From positions 1,856,001-1,920,000 of the forward strand of contig CAWHDR010000001.1 in the NCBI GenBank assembly GCA_963828165.1: a DNA stretch of 64,000 nt, read 5' to 3'. Below the pieces are notes generated by a model that saw only the letters and a list, made by a program, of their open reading frames with translations, did no database searches and was not told the DNA's origin. This document shows positions 1 to 14,280 of this stretch, one piece after another (position 1 is the stretch's first letter; each line of letters begins with the position of its first letter). The position numbers and the translations under genes are program-made. The stretch is from an uncultured Chloroflexia bacterium. Lineage in GTDB: Bacteria > Chloroflexota > Limnocylindria > Limnocylindrales > CSP1-4.

Positions 1-1772
1 ATGTCGAGACGCTCAAGCTGATCAAGCTCGACCTGCTCGGCCTGGGGATGCTGGCCGCGATGGACGAGACGCTCCAGCTCATCGAGCACGACTGCGCGGT
101 CTGTCTCGATCTCGATCGGCTGCCGGAGGACGTGCCCGAGGTCTTCGAGATGCTCCAGGCGGCCGACACGGTCGGCGTCTTCCAGGTCGAGAGCCGGGCG
201 CAGATGCAGACGCTGCCGAAGTCGCGGCCGCACAACCTCGACGACCTCGTGGTCGAGGTCGCGATCATCCGCCCCGGCCCGATCCAGGGCAACGCCGTCC
301 ACCCGTACCTGCGGCGCAAGCAGGGCCTGGAGCCCGTGACGTACCTCCATCCGTCGCTGGAGCCGGTGCTGAAGGACTCGATGGGCGTGATCCTCTACCA
401 GGAGCAGGTCATGCGCATCGCGATCGAGGTCGCGGGGTTCAGCCCGGCCGAATTGGACGGGTTCCGCCGCGCGATGGGGACGTGGCGCTCGACCCGGGAG
501 ATGGAGAAGCTCCACCAGCAGTTCGTGGAGGGCGCTCTCCGGCAGCCCGGCATGACCGAGGAGGACGCCGAGGAGCTCTTCCGCCAGGTCGCGGCGTTCG
601 CGAGCTTCGGGTTCGCGAAGTCACATGCCGCGGCCTTCGCGCGGACGGCCTACGAGTCGGCCTTCCTGAAGCTGTTCTACCCGGCGCAGTTCCTCGTCGG
701 GCTCATCAACGCGCAGCCGATGGGCTTCTACCCGGTCGAGGTGCTCGTCAACGACGCGAAGCGCCACGGCGTGGCCGTTCTGCCCGTGGACATCAACGGC
801 TCGTCGTACAAGACCACGACCGAATGGGTGGGCCGGCCGGGCGAGCCGCTGCCGCCCGGTGTCGGGATCGAGGCACGACCGGAGCCCGTCGTCTCGTCCG
901 CATGCGTGAACCCGTCCGTGGCTGCGCGCGAGGTCTGGACGCCGGAGGTGACGATCGGCTGGGGCGTTCGCCTCGGGCTGCAGCTCGTGAAGGGCATCGG
1001 CGAGCAGCACGAGGCGCTGCTGGACGCCGAGCGGGAGCGCGGGCCGTATCGGAGCCTGGCCGATGTCGTGGAGCGGACCGGGCTGCCTGAGGAGGTACTT
1101 GAGCGGCTCATCCGGAGCGGGGCGATGGATTCGCTGGGTCGACCGCGGCGGGAGCTGTTGTGGCAGTTGCGGGAGGTGGCCGGGGCGTCACGAGGTCGCG
1201 TGGACGGCCGCGCGCTGCGGGCGCTGGGTCGGGCGGCCGGCAAGAAAGGCGCGGCCGCGGGCAGGCCGATGGACCTGCGATTGCCGGCGACGGACGCGCC
1301 GGCACTCCCCGCGATCACCGAGTCGGAGCGGATCGGCGATGCCTACGCGGTCCTCGGCGTGGATGCCCGTCGACAGGTCGTGGGGCTGTTCCGGCCGGCG
1401 CTGGATCGGCTGGGTGCCGTGACGAATGCCGCCCTCGCCGATCGTCGTCCGGGGCACGTCCGGGTGGGGGGCCTGGTCGTGACCCGCCAGCATCCGATGA
1501 CGGCCAAGGGCACGGTCTTCCTCGCCCTGGAAGACGAGACGGGGATGGTCAACGTAACGCTCTGGCCAAGCACGTGGGAGCGGCTGCGCGGGGTCGTGCG
1601 GCGGCACGCGTTGTTGCTGGTGGACGGAGAGCTGCAGCGCGAGGGGATGGTCGTGAACCTCGTCGCGCACGAGATCCGGGCACTCCCCGAGGTGGCCGCC
1701 GAGGCCGGTGGGCCGGAACGGCCGGGCGGCGTCCGCCAGATGGGTCACGCCGGGATGCGGCGTCTCGGCTGA
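1..1772 (+). CDS. dnaE2: Error-prone DNA polymerase III alpha subunit (DnaE2-type), 5' end outside the window
   Basis: Frame 3 is open from the window edge (VETLKLIKLDLLGLGML). Motifs GVFQVESRAQM, IIRPGPIQG, LYQEQVM, FGFAKSHAAAFA, NAQPMGFY, and a C-terminal OB fold (RQHPMTAKGTVFLALEDETG) typical of DnaE2. Confidence 0.9.
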   Translation, partial: VETLKLIKLDLLGLGMLAAMDETLQLIEHDCAVCLDLDRLPEDVPEVFEMLQAADTVGVFQVESRAQMQTLPKSRPHNLDDLVVEVAIIRPGPIQGNAVHPYLRRKQGLEPVTYLHPSLEPVLKDSMGVILYQEQVMRIAIEVAGFSPAELDGFRRAMGTWRSTREMEKLHQQFVEGALRQPGMTEEDAEELFRQVAAFASFGFAKSHAAAFARTAYESAFLKLFYPAQFLVGLINAQPMGFYPVEVLVNDAKRHGVAVLPVDINGSSYKTTTEWVGRPGEPLPPGVGIEARPEPVVSSACVNPSVAAREVWTPEVTIGWGVRLGLQLVKGIGEQHEALLDAERERGPYRSLADVVERTGLPEEVLERLIRSGAMDSLGRPRRELLWQLREVAGASRGRVDGRALRALGRAAGKKGAAAGRPMDLRLPATDAPALPAITESERIGDAYAVLGVDARRQVVGLFRPALDRLGAVTNAALADRRPGHVRVGGLVVTRQHPMTAKGTVFLALEDETGMVNVTLWPSTWERLRGVVRRHALLLVDGELQREGMVVNLVAHEIRALPEVAAEAGGPERPGGVRQMGHAGMRRLG

Positions 1773-1825
1773 CCGTCGTCGGCGCCGCGGGTCGCGGCGC
1801 GGTCGGTGCTGGGTTCAGCGCGCGG

Positions 1826-2536
1826 TCAGCGGCGCGCGCCCGCCTTCTGGCCCGACGTCGAACGGCTGCGGCCGTCGTTGCCGCGGCGCGCCGGCGGACG
1901 GTTCTTTCCTCGGTTCGGGCTCGACAGCTGCAGGAACCGCCGGTACCACGCCGCCGCGGATGCGAACAGCGCACCCATGATCGGCGAGAAGACGAACGAC
2001 GAGACGATGGCCGCGGACGGCTCCAGGGCGAACACTTCAGCGAAGCCCGCCGGCAGGAGCCCGGCGTACCCGAGGACGGTGTAGCAGATCGCGCTCACCA
2101 GACCGACGATCACGCCCAGTAGCCAGCTGGCCCGCGGCGCGAGGAAGCCCGCGATGAACACCCCGCCGATGGCGGGTGTGACGACGAAGTACTGGAAGGC
2201 GAACTGGCTCAGGACGTCTGCCCCCCGCGAGACACCCGTCAGCGCCGCCGCACCGATCGTGAGCAGGATGGGCAGCCACAGCGCCTTGTTCGTTACGAGC
2301 CGGGGGAGGGCTCGGAAGTCACCCGGCGCATCGAGCGGCCGGAATGCCAGGCGAACGGCGCTGAAGATCCCGATCCGCCCGGTCCCGTCCGGACCCGAGC
2401 GGCTTGCGCCCTGCCTGGTGGCCGGGGCGTCGGCCTCGGCCGTTTCATCGTCGAGGTTCGTGTCGTCGAGGAGCCCGTGCTCGGCTCGATAGCGCCGGCG
2501 TGCCTCGGCGCGGGTGGTTCTCTTGGCGCGAGCCAC
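1826..2536 (-). CDS. Hypothetical membrane protein (about 4 TM helices, Arg-rich termini)
   Basis: AGGAG RBS just upstream of GTG at 2536; four hydrophobic segments. Confidence 0.7.
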   Translation of the reverse strand: MARAKRTTRAEARRRYRAEHGLLDDTNLDDETAEADAPATRQGASRSGPDGTGRIGIFSAVRLAFRPLDAPGDFRALPRLVTNKALWLPILLTIGAAALTGVSRGADVLSQFAFQYFVVTPAIGGVFIAGFLAPRASWLLGVIVGLVSAICYTVLGYAGLLPAGFAEVFALEPSAAIVSSFVFSPIMGALFASAAAWYRRFLQLSSPNRGKNRPPARRGNDGRSRSTSGQKAGARR

Positions 2537-2686
2537 GGTCACTCCTGGGTTCGTCAGAGGGTGGGGCGGTGCGCGCCATCGTAGTCGATAAGTCCGGGGT
2601 AAGGGCCATCTGGTATCACTCATCTGGCGCCGCCGCTCGCCCGACCCCGCCGGTTCGCCCGCCCGTTCCCCGCCGGGAGGTCACCC

Positions 2687-5600
2687 ATGGATCGCGCCCG
2701 GCGCGCGGGGTCTGCCGCGCTCGTCATCGCCCTCATCCTGGTCTCGGTGGGATCGCCCGCCGGGGCGCCCCGGGCCAGCGCGGCCGAGGTCGCGTGGCCC
2801 GTCTCGACCCTGGTGGTGTCGGAGCTCCAGACCGGCGGTGCCGGCGCGTCCGACGAGCTCGTCGAGATCGCCAACCAGGGTACGGGACCGGTCGATCTCG
2901 TCGGCCTCGAGCTCGTGTACGCGACGTCCTCGGGATCGACCGTGACCCGCAAGGCTTCGTGGGACGCCTCGTTCGTCCTCGATGCCGGCCGACGGGTGCT
3001 CGTCGTGAATGGCGCGGGCGTCTACGCGGCGGTCGGGGACAAGGTCTACACGGGCGGCTTCGCCGCGACCGGAGGCGCCGTCGCGCTGCGGGTGATCGGC
3101 GGGACCGTCGTGGACGCGCTGGGCTGGGGCGATGCGACGAACCCATTCGTGGAAGGCGGGCCCGCCGTCGCGCCGCCTGCCGGGTCCAGCCTGGAGCGGT
3201 CCCCCGGGGGCACGCTCGGGAACGGCGTCGACACCAACGACAACGCCCTCGATTGGTTCGTGAACCCTGCCCCGAACCCGCAACGCTCCAGCGACGATCC
3301 TGTGCCGGCGCCTGGTCCGACGCCGACGCCCATGCCCGGACCGACGCCGACGCCAACGCCCGGACCGACGCCGACCCCGACTCCGACGCCCACGCCCGGA
3401 CCGACGCCGACCCCAACGCCGACTCCGACCCCGACCCCCACGCCCGGACCGACGCCGACTCCGACCCCGACCCCCACTCCGGCCCCGTCGATCGCCCCCA
3501 TGACCATCGCGGCCGCCCGAGCCCTCCCCGACGACTCGGTGGTCACCGTCACGGGCACGCTCACGACGGAGCTCGGTGCCCTCGAGAGCGGCCGAACCGC
3601 GTATCTCCAGGACGCGACGGCCGGGATCTCGATCTATCTCGATGCGGCCGTCGTCAGTGCCATGCCGGCAGGGACGGCCGTGATCGTGAGCGGCCCCCTC
3701 GACACGCGGTATGCGCAGCGCACGATCCGTGCCGCCGAGGCCGACATCGTCGTCGTCGGCCAAGGCGTCATTCCGGAGGCGATCGCGATCGCGACCGTCG
3801 CCGGAGACGAGGCGTTCGAAGGCCGACGTGTGTCGGTGGGAGGGTCCGTCGTCGGTGGTTCGGACGTGCTTGCGGACGGCCTTGCCGTGTCCGTCGATGA
3901 CGGCACGGGCCCGATCCGGATCGTCGTCACGCCGGATGCGCTCGGCGAGCGAGCGTTGACGGACGGGACCCTCGTCACGGTCGCGGGATCGCTCGGTCAG
4001 CGTGACAGCAGCGGGACCGGCACGGCCGGCTATCGCCTGTACGTCACCGCGGCGACCGACCTGGTGATCCAGCGCCCGACCCCGACGCCAACGCCGTCTC
4101 CGACGCCCACGCCGACCGCCTCCCCCGGGCCGACACCGACCCATTCGCCGGGTCCGACATCCTCACCGACGCCACCGCCGTCCGTGTCACCGACGCCCGG
4201 CACCACGCCCCTCACGATCGCCAGCGCGAGGACCAGGTCCATCGGCTCGACCGTGACCGTCCGCGGCATCGTGTCCGCCGAGCCCGGCCGACTCGGCTCG
4301 CCCGCCCTGCTCGCCATCGCGGACACGAGCGGCGGGATCGTGGTGAAGCTGCCCGATGGTGCCCGGGCGCCCGCTCGCGGGGCGATGCTCGAGATGCGCG
4401 GCAAGCTCGCCGATCCGTACGGCCAGCTCGAGATCCGCCCGGCCGCCGATGCAATCTCGGGCGGGCTGGGTTCCGGTGCCTTGCCCGCTGCGATCGGCCT
4501 GGGTTCCCGCGGACCCGACGAGGCGACCGAAGGAAAGCTTGTGGTCCTGACCGGCACGGTCGTCGAGAAACCCACGAAGGCGGCCAGCGGCGACATCGCG
4601 CTCTGGGTCGAAACGACCGCTGGGATCCGCGTCCGCGTGATGGCCGATGCCTCGAGCCGGATCATGTCGACGACCGTGTCCAAGGGCGCGACGTACCGTC
4701 TGACCGGCGTTGCCGGCCAGCGGGCGTCCCGGAAGGGCGCGCTCGACGGGTACCGCGTCTGGCTGCGCGACTCCGGGGACCTCGACCTCCTCGCGGGGCC
4801 ACCCGCGTCGCCATCGTCCCCACCTTCCTCTTCGTCATCGCCGAAGCCGACCGCGGGCACGTCACCGCGGCCATCCACGAGCATGCCGGCCGACGGCAAG
4901 GCCATCTCGGTCGCTACGGCGCTGCGGACCACCGATCGCGACGTGGTCATCGAGTCGGTCGTGACGGCGCCTTCGTCTCTCCTGGACGCGACGGGCCGCA
5001 GGATCGTCGTCCAAGACGGGACCGGCGCGATCGAGGTCCTGCTCCCGAAGGACGTCCCGGCCCCGGGAGTCGGCACCCGGATCCGTCTGACCGGCCGGGT
5101 GGGCGTTGCGTACGGTGCCCCACGGCTCCGGGCAGAAGCGATGGAGCGGCTGGGCTCCGGGAAGATCCCTGCGCCACTGCGCGTGCGCGGGCCCGTGGGG
5201 GCGGCACACACGTGGCGGCTCGTCACGGTGTCCGGTCGCATCGACGACGTGCGGAAGCTCGGGGATCGTTGGCGTGCCGAGATCGTGGTGGGAGCGGCGC
5301 ACCTGGTCGTCGTCGGCCAGCCCGGTGCGAGGATCCCGGTCGAGACCGTCGCCGAGGGACGCTCGATCGAGCTGACGGGCATCGTCCGGCCGGCCTACCC
5401 GAGCGCGACCGATCGCCGCCCGACGATCCTGCCGCGGTCGCGGGGCGACGTCAGCGTCGGCGGCGGACCGACGGATGGGGGTCCGACCAGCGGGGCATCG
5501 ATTGCCGGTGCCACGTCCGGTGGCGACGCTGGCGGCGCGCCTTCGTCTATCGGTACCGGAACGGCGAGCGGCACCCCGGCCGGGCATACCGTGACCGATG

Positions 5601-6181
5601 CCGATCTCGCCGACCTCGCATCGATCCTCGGCGAGACGGTCCGCGTCGGCGGCCTCGTCCTCGACGTCCGGCCCGACGGCTTCACCCTGGATGACGGCAC
5701 TGCGCACGCGCCGGTCGTCCTGCGCGACGAAGCCGCGGACTGGATCCCCCTCGTCGAACCAGAGGACGCGATCAACGTGATCGGCCGGGTCGAGCGGCTG
5801 GACGATGGAGCGCTCGCGGTGACCGTCACCGATCCGGCCGCCATCGCGCTCGGCAGTGACCCGACCGCACTCGGTGTCGGGCTTGCAGCCCCGAGCGCTG
5901 CCAGTCCGGCGGACAAGGAGATGGTGGGCGTGGCGGGGCCACGGTCGGCTGGGTTCGGTGACGACCTCGGGGCGCTCCCGGGCGCCGGAGCGGGCCTCGC
6001 GTCGCTCGTCGGGATCAGCCTGTTGTCGCTCGGCGTGACCCTCCTGCGACGGCGGCAGGCCCGTCGGTTGCTGACCGCCCGCGTGGCCGCGCGGCTGTCC
6101 TCGATCGGCGGCACGGAGGCCCTCGACGGGTCGATCGTTGGGGTCCGCGCCGGGGCGGACGGGCGCACTGGCATGGGCTGA
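2687..6181 (+). CDS. Secreted, C-terminally anchored protein: lamin-tail domain, Pro/Thr linkers, about 7 OB-fold-like repeats
   Basis: GGAGG RBS; signal peptide; LTD motif (LVVSEL...DELVEIAN.G...VDLVG); repeated TIA.AR....VTV.G.V / QD.T.GI.V / DDGTG segments as in YhcR-type OB folds; TM helix followed by RRRQARR near the C-terminus. Confidence 0.85.
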   Translation: MDRARRAGSAALVIALILVSVGSPAGAPRASAAEVAWPVSTLVVSELQTGGAGASDELVEIANQGTGPVDLVGLELVYATSSGSTVTRKASWDASFVLDAGRRVLVVNGAGVYAAVGDKVYTGGFAATGGAVALRVIGGTVVDALGWGDATNPFVEGGPAVAPPAGSSLERSPGGTLGNGVDTNDNALDWFVNPAPNPQRSSDDPVPAPGPTPTPMPGPTPTPTPGPTPTPTPTPTPGPTPTPTPTPTPTPTPGPTPTPTPTPTPAPSIAPMTIAAARALPDDSVVTVTGTLTTELGALESGRTAYLQDATAGISIYLDAAVVSAMPAGTAVIVSGPLDTRYAQRTIRAAEADIVVVGQGVIPEAIAIATVAGDEAFEGRRVSVGGSVVGGSDVLADGLAVSVDDGTGPIRIVVTPDALGERALTDGTLVTVAGSLGQRDSSGTGTAGYRLYVTAATDLVIQRPTPTPTPSPTPTPTASPGPTPTHSPGPTSSPTPPPSVSPTPGTTPLTIASARTRSIGSTVTVRGIVSAEPGRLGSPALLAIADTSGGIVVKLPDGARAPARGAMLEMRGKLADPYGQLEIRPAADAISGGLGSGALPAAIGLGSRGPDEATEGKLVVLTGTVVEKPTKAASGDIALWVETTAGIRVRVMADASSRIMSTTVSKGATYRLTGVAGQRASRKGALDGYRVWLRDSGDLDLLAGPPASPSSPPSSSSSPKPTAGTSPRPSTSMPADGKAISVATALRTTDRDVVIESVVTAPSSLLDATGRRIVVQDGTGAIEVLLPKDVPAPGVGTRIRLTGRVGVAYGAPRLRAEAMERLGSGKIPAPLRVRGPVGAAHTWRLVTVSGRIDDVRKLGDRWRAEIVVGAAHLVVVGQPGARIPVETVAEGRSIELTGIVRPAYPSATDRRPTILPRSRGDVSVGGGPTDGGPTSGASIAGATSGGDAGGAPSSIGTGTASGTPAGHTVTDADLADLASILGETVRVGGLVLDVRPDGFTLDDGTAHAPVVLRDEAADWIPLVEPEDAINVIGRVERLDDGALAVTVTDPAAIALGSDPTALGVGLAAPSAASPADKEMVGVAGPRSAGFGDDLGALPGAGAGLASLVGISLLSLGVTLLRRRQARRLLTARVAARLSSIGGTEALDGSIVGVRAGADGRTGMG
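3306..3482 (+). repeat. Intragenic (Pro-Thr)n / PGPTPT linker repeat
   Basis: Degenerate CCG-ACG/ACC codon repeats; a second Pro/Thr/Ser linker lies at about 4075-4210. Confidence 0.85.
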
Positions 6182-6251
6182 ACGTGGCTCGAACGGGAGC
6201 CATGCGTGAGCTGAGCGTGGCGCGACGGGCGTCATCCACGCTCAGCCACGC

Positions 6252-6281
6252 TTGACTCACGCACGAACAGGGGCCTATCCT
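6252..6281 (+). promoter_or_regulatory. sigma70-type promoter of udp
   Basis: TTGACT-N18-TATCCT about 30 nt upstream of the GTG start. Confidence 0.55.
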
Positions 6282-6312
6282 CGGCCGAGTTTCGCGCCAG
6301 CGAAGCAGCCAC

Positions 6313-7209
6313 GTGAGCGAGGGAGAGGTTTTGCCGAACGCGGAAACCCGCGTCGAAAGCCCGAGAGATCGCCGGATAGCGATCCCTGAAGGGGAACGGC
6401 AGTACCACATCGGACTCGGACGGGGAGACCTGGCCGAGTACATCCTCCTCCCCGGCGACCCTGATCGGACATCCCGGATCGCGACGCGCCTCGATTCCAT
6501 CGAGCTCGAGCACCAACACCGGGAGTTCGCCACCGTCACCGGGACGTTTCGAGGTCAGCGGGTCTCGGTCGTATCGACCGGGATCGGCACGGACAACGTC
6601 GAGATCGTCGTGGCCGAGATCCTGGCGATCACGGAACGGCCCACCTTTATCCGTGTCGGGTCGTGTGGGGCGCTGCAGCCGGAGATGAACCTGGGAGACC
6701 TGGTCATCACCACGGGTGCGGTCCGCCTCGAATCGACCACCAGCTTCTTCGTCCACGATGGGTATCCCGCGGTCGCCGATTACGAAGCGATCTCGGCACT
6801 CGTCGAGGCCGCGGAGCGACTCGGTCACCGCTACCACGTCGGTGTGACGGCGACAGCACCGGGATTCTTCGGGGCGCAAGGGCGTCCCATCCCGCAGCTG
6901 CCGATCCGCTACCCCGATCTGGCAGAGGACATGGCGCGCCAGCGTGTCATGAACTTCGAGATGGAGGCATCGGCCCTGCTCGTCCTCGCGTCCCTCGCCC
7001 GGTGTCGAGCCGGTGTCGTCTGTGCGGTGTATGCCAATCGGACGACCGGTGAGTTCGTCGGTGGAGCGACAAAGGATGCGGCAGAGGCTGCCTGCGTCGA
7101 CACGGGCTTGGAGGGCCTGATCGTGCTCGCCGAGATGGATGCCCAGAAACGAACCGCATCGACGGACCGCTGGCGCCCGTCGCTGTGGACCACTACCGCG
7201 CGTCCCTGA
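6313..7209 (+). CDS. udp: Uridine phosphorylase (nucleoside phosphorylase family)
   Basis: QYHI, LPGDPDR, REF, STGIG, FIRVGSCG, FEMEAS motifs. Confidence 0.9.
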   Translation: MSEGEVLPNAETRVESPRDRRIAIPEGERQYHIGLGRGDLAEYILLPGDPDRTSRIATRLDSIELEHQHREFATVTGTFRGQRVSVVSTGIGTDNVEIVVAEILAITERPTFIRVGSCGALQPEMNLGDLVITTGAVRLESTTSFFVHDGYPAVADYEAISALVEAAERLGHRYHVGVTATAPGFFGAQGRPIPQLPIRYPDLAEDMARQRVMNFEMEASALLVLASLARCRAGVVCAVYANRTTGEFVGGATKDAAEAACVDTGLEGLIVLAEMDAQKRTASTDRWRPSLWTTTARP

Positions 7210-7269
7210 GAGCGGGTGCGGGACGAAGGTTCCCGTGACGCTCCGATCGCATCCCGAGGAGGAACCCGA

Positions 7270-7410
7270 ATGGCAGAGGCCTATTGCGTCAAGGACAAGC
7301 AGAAGGTCGAAGTCCTGAACCCCCAGCGCATCACCATGAAGAACGGCAAGGCGGCCCTGCAGGGCACCTGTCCGATCTGTGGTGGCAAGGTCTTCAAGAT
7401 CGGCGGCTGA
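7270..7410 (+). CDS. Small basic zinc-ribbon-like protein (DUF5679-like), 46 aa
   Basis: GAGGAGG RBS; MAEAYCVKD...ITMKNGK.A.QGTCPICGGKVFKIG. Confidence 0.8.
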   Translation: MAEAYCVKDKQKVEVLNPQRITMKNGKAALQGTCPICGGKVFKIGG

Positions 7411-7434
7411 CCCCGTCCTTCGAACGATCAAGGC

Positions 7435-7468
7435 GAACGGCCCCCGCCGGCGACGGCGGGGGCCGTTC
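7435..7468 (+). terminator. GC-rich hairpin, probable terminator
   Basis: GAACGGCCCCCGCCG-GCGA-CGGCGGGGGCCGTTC: perfect 15-bp stem with a GNRA loop, no U-tract. Confidence 0.65.
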
Positions 7469-7507
7469 CATGCCCGCGCCGGCCGTGGTGGCCGCGCAGG
7501 ACCCCTT

Positions 7508-7516
7508 TGCTAGAAT
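7508..7516 (+). promoter_or_regulatory. Extended -10 promoter of gap-pgk-eno
   Basis: TGcTAGAAT about 90 nt upstream of the gap ATG. Confidence 0.5.
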
Positions 7517-7605
7517 GGGCGGCGATCCCCACGACGTTCTTCCCGCACGCCCGCAACCCCGCTCATCCACTCGCGGTCCGACCCCGACCGCCAGGAGGTC
7601 CCACG

Positions 7606-8628
7606 ATGGCAGTCCGCGTCGGCATCAACGGCTTCGGCCGTATCGGCCGCCAATCGCTCAAGGCGCTGATCGAGCGCGCGCCGGACGTGGAGGTCATCGC
7701 CGTCAACGACCTCGTGGACGCGGAGATGAACGCCCTGCTCTTCAAGCACGACTCGACCTACGGCGCCTACGACGGCGAGGTCAAGGCCGGCGACAGCTCG
7801 ATCATCATCGATGGTCGCGAGATCAAGATCCTTGCCGAGCGCGACCCGGCGGCACTCCCGTGGGGCGACCTCGGGGTGGAGATCGTCCTCGAATCGACCG
7901 GCATCTTCACCAGCGCCGAGAAGGCACGCGCGCACATCGATGCCGGTGCCCAGAAGGTCATCATCAGTGCGCCGGCCAAGAACGAGGACATCACCATCGT
8001 CCTCGGTGTCAACGAGGATCGTTACGATCCGGCCAGCCACCACATCATCAGCAACGCCTCGTGCACGACGAACTGCCTCGCCCCGGCGGCCAAGGTCGTC
8101 AACGACCTGCTCGGCATCGAGAAGGGGCTGATGAACACGATCCACAGCTACACGAACGACCAGCGCATCCTGGACGTGGCGCACAGCGACCCGCGGCGTG
8201 CTCGAAGCGCCGGCCAGAACATCATCCCGACGACGACCGGCGCGGCGAAGGCGCTCGCGCTCGTGATCCCGGACCTGAAGGGCAAGTTCGACGGGTTCAG
8301 CCTGCGCGTGCCCACCCCGACGGTGAGCGTCGTCGACTTCACCGCGACCGTCCGACGCGAGACCAGCGTCGAGGAGCTGAACGACGCGTTCCGAACTGCC
8401 GCCGCCGGCCCCATGCAGGGCATCCTCGGCGTATCGGACGAGCCGCTCGTCTCGATGGACTTCAAGGGCGACAGCCGTTCCTCGATCATCGACGCCGATT
8501 CGACGATGGTCCTGGGCGGGGACATGGTCAAGGTCATCAGCTGGTACGACAACGAGTGGGGCTACAGCTGCCGCGTTGCCGACCTCATCGCCTTCGTGGC
8601 GGCCAGACTGCCGGTCGCGGCCGCCTGA
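7606..8628 (+). CDS. gap: Type I glyceraldehyde-3-phosphate dehydrogenase
   Basis: AGGAGG RBS; [32 protein letters not shown]. Confidence 0.97.
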   Translation: MAVRVGINGFGRIGRQSLKALIERAPDVEVIAVNDLVDAEMNALLFKHDSTYGAYDGEVKAGDSSIIIDGREIKILAERDPAALPWGDLGVEIVLESTGIFTSAEKARAHIDAGAQKVIISAPAKNEDITIVLGVNEDRYDPASHHIISNASCTTNCLAPAAKVVNDLLGIEKGLMNTIHSYTNDQRILDVAHSDPRRARSAGQNIIPTTTGAAKALALVIPDLKGKFDGFSLRVPTPTVSVVDFTATVRRETSVEELNDAFRTAAAGPMQGILGVSDEPLVSMDFKGDSRSSIIDADSTMVLGGDMVKVISWYDNEWGYSCRVADLIAFVAARLPVAAA

Positions 8629-8703
8629 CCCCGCCCATCCCGGCGACGGCTCGCGAGCCCGTCGTCCGCTGGCGGTCACACGCCGGCAAGGAGCACTGAC
8701 CGA

Positions 8704-12401
<3,698 letters not shown>

Positions 12402-12482
12402 GGATCGGCCAGCCGGCGCATGACGACGCCCTGGGTGGAGCCCAGGGCGGTCGAGATCGGCGAGGCGCTCGCGAGCCCCGGG

Positions 12483-13154
12483 TCAGCTCTTGCTGGCGGT
12501 CTTCTTCGGGGCGGTCTTCGTGGCGGTCTTCGTGGCGGTGGCCTTGGTCGACGACTTCGAGGTCGACTTCGATGCGCCCTTCGTGCCGGACGTCTTCGCC
12601 GCGGACGCCTTGCTCGCCGGCTTCGACGGCCTGGTCGGAGCAGCGGTGGCGCCTTCGGACGCGGCGGCTTCGGCGGCCTTGGCCGCGGCGGCCTCCGCGC
12701 GAGCCGACTTGCTCAGCGCCGCACGGGCCTTGCCGGCGGCGGTCTGGGCGCCCTTCGCCTTGACCGACTTGCCGGCCGCGATGCGCGCCTTGGCCGCCTT
12801 GGCCGCGGCCGTCTTGCCGGTGACCTTCGTGACACGGCCCGAGGCCGTGGCCTGCGTTCCGCCGAGGGCCGCATTCACCTTGATCGTGAGGCGCGACTTG
12901 CGGCGCGCGGCCGCGTTCGGGTGGATGGCTCCGGCCTTGGCCGCGCGGTCGAGCGCCGACAGCGCATCGATCAGGGCGACGGTGGTGGCTTCGGCGTCGG
13001 TCGGGCCGGCGGCGACGCTCAGGGCCTTGGCGACGTACGTCTTGGCGGCCGTTCGCCGCGGACCGAGGATGTCGTGACGGCGCGCGGCCTGACGAACGCG
13101 CTTGAGTCCCGAAGGTGTCCGGGCTCCCGTCCAGGTGCGGGGCGTCTTGGCCAA
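12483..13154 (-). CDS. rpsT: 30S ribosomal protein bS20 with a ~125-aa Lys/Ala/Ser/Thr-rich C-terminal extension
   Basis: GAGG RBS then TTG at 13154; SGLKRVRQ..RR, LDRAAKAGAIHPNAAARRKSRL (S20 signature); lies divergent and just upstream of lepA as in many bacteria. Confidence 0.88.
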   Translation of the reverse strand: MAKTPRTWTGARTPSGLKRVRQAARRHDILGPRRTAAKTYVAKALSVAAGPTDAEATTVALIDALSALDRAAKAGAIHPNAAARRKSRLTIKVNAALGGTQATASGRVTKVTGKTAAAKAAKARIAAGKSVKAKGAQTAAGKARAALSKSARAEAAAAKAAEAAASEGATAAPTRPSKPASKASAAKTSGTKGASKSTSKSSTKATATKTATKTAPKKTASKS

Positions 13155-13313
13155 GTGGAAGAACCTCGTTGCTTCGATCGGATCGTTGGTGGCTGGGCAC
13201 CGTGACACGGGGTGAGTGCCGGGCGCGAACGCGGATGGTACCACAGGGCTTGGTCCAGTCCGGCTCGCCCGCGACCCCAACGCACGACGCTCGCGCCCGG
13301 CAGACTTGGGGGC

Positions 13314-14261
13314 GTGACCGCGATCCTGGGTGGCCTGGCGGCCGCCGTCCTGTGGGCGACCGCGACCCTGGCCTCGTCGAGGTCGAGCCGGATGATCGGC
13401 TCCCGGGTCGTGCTTGCGTGGGTGATGATCGTCGGGACGATCGTAGGTCTGCCGATCGCCCTGGTCGCCGGCATCCCGACCGAGGTTCCCGCGGGCACGC
13501 TGCCTCTCGTCCTGCTTGCCGGCCTCTGTTACTCGGCCGGGCTGTACGCCACGTACAAGGCGCTGACCATCGGCAAGGTCTCGATCGTGGCCCCGATCGT
13601 CGCGACCGAAGGCGCCGTGGGCGCGCTGATCGCCGTGGCGCTGGGCGACCCGTTGACGCTCGTCGCGGCAATCCTGCTGGCCGTCATCGCCGGCGGCGTG
13701 GTCCTCTCCAGCATCGAACCGGCTCGGCCGGATGTCCCCGCCGGCGACATCGAGCTCGCGGCCGATGCCCTCGACGGTCCGGCCCGTGACGACGCCCGGG
13801 CCCGCGTCGCGGACCACGCGGCGCTCGTCGCCGACGACGCAGAGCGGATCCGCAAGACCGTCCTGTATTCCGTGGCGGGCGCCCTGATCTTCGGCGTCGG
13901 CCTCGTGGCGGCCGGCAAGTCCGCAGCCCTCATCCCGCCGATCTGGGTCGCCGTCGGTTCGCGGTTCGTCGGCTTGGCGGTCGTCGCGCTGCCGCTCGTG
14001 CTCCAACGACGGCTGGTGCTCACCCGCCAAGCCCTGCCGCTCGTAGTGATCGCCGGGATCGGCGAGATCGTCGGCTCGACGGCGTCGGCGTGGGGATCCA
14101 TCTACAGCATCCCGATCACGGCCGTGCTCGGCTCCCAGTTCGCGGCGATCGCGGCGGTCCTCGCGTACTTCCTGTTCGGCGAGCGCCTGTCACGCACCCA
14201 GGTCGCGGGTGTCGTCCTCATCGTCGGAGGCGTGACGGCCCTCGCGGCGTCGAGCGTGTGA
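13314..14261 (+). CDS. EamA/DMT family transporter
   Basis: Two 5-TM halves, G.VSIVAPI and LFGERLS motifs; GTG 7 nt after CAGACT. Confidence 0.85.
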   Translation: MTAILGGLAAAVLWATATLASSRSSRMIGSRVVLAWVMIVGTIVGLPIALVAGIPTEVPAGTLPLVLLAGLCYSAGLYATYKALTIGKVSIVAPIVATEGAVGALIAVALGDPLTLVAAILLAVIAGGVVLSSIEPARPDVPAGDIELAADALDGPARDDARARVADHAALVADDAERIRKTVLYSVAGALIFGVGLVAAGKSAALIPPIWVAVGSRFVGLAVVALPLVLQRRLVLTRQALPLVVIAGIGEIVGSTASAWGSIYSIPITAVLGSQFAAIAAVLAYFLFGERLSRTQVAGVVLIVGGVTALAASSV

Positions 14262-14280
14262 CCGGCTACACTCCCGCCTC

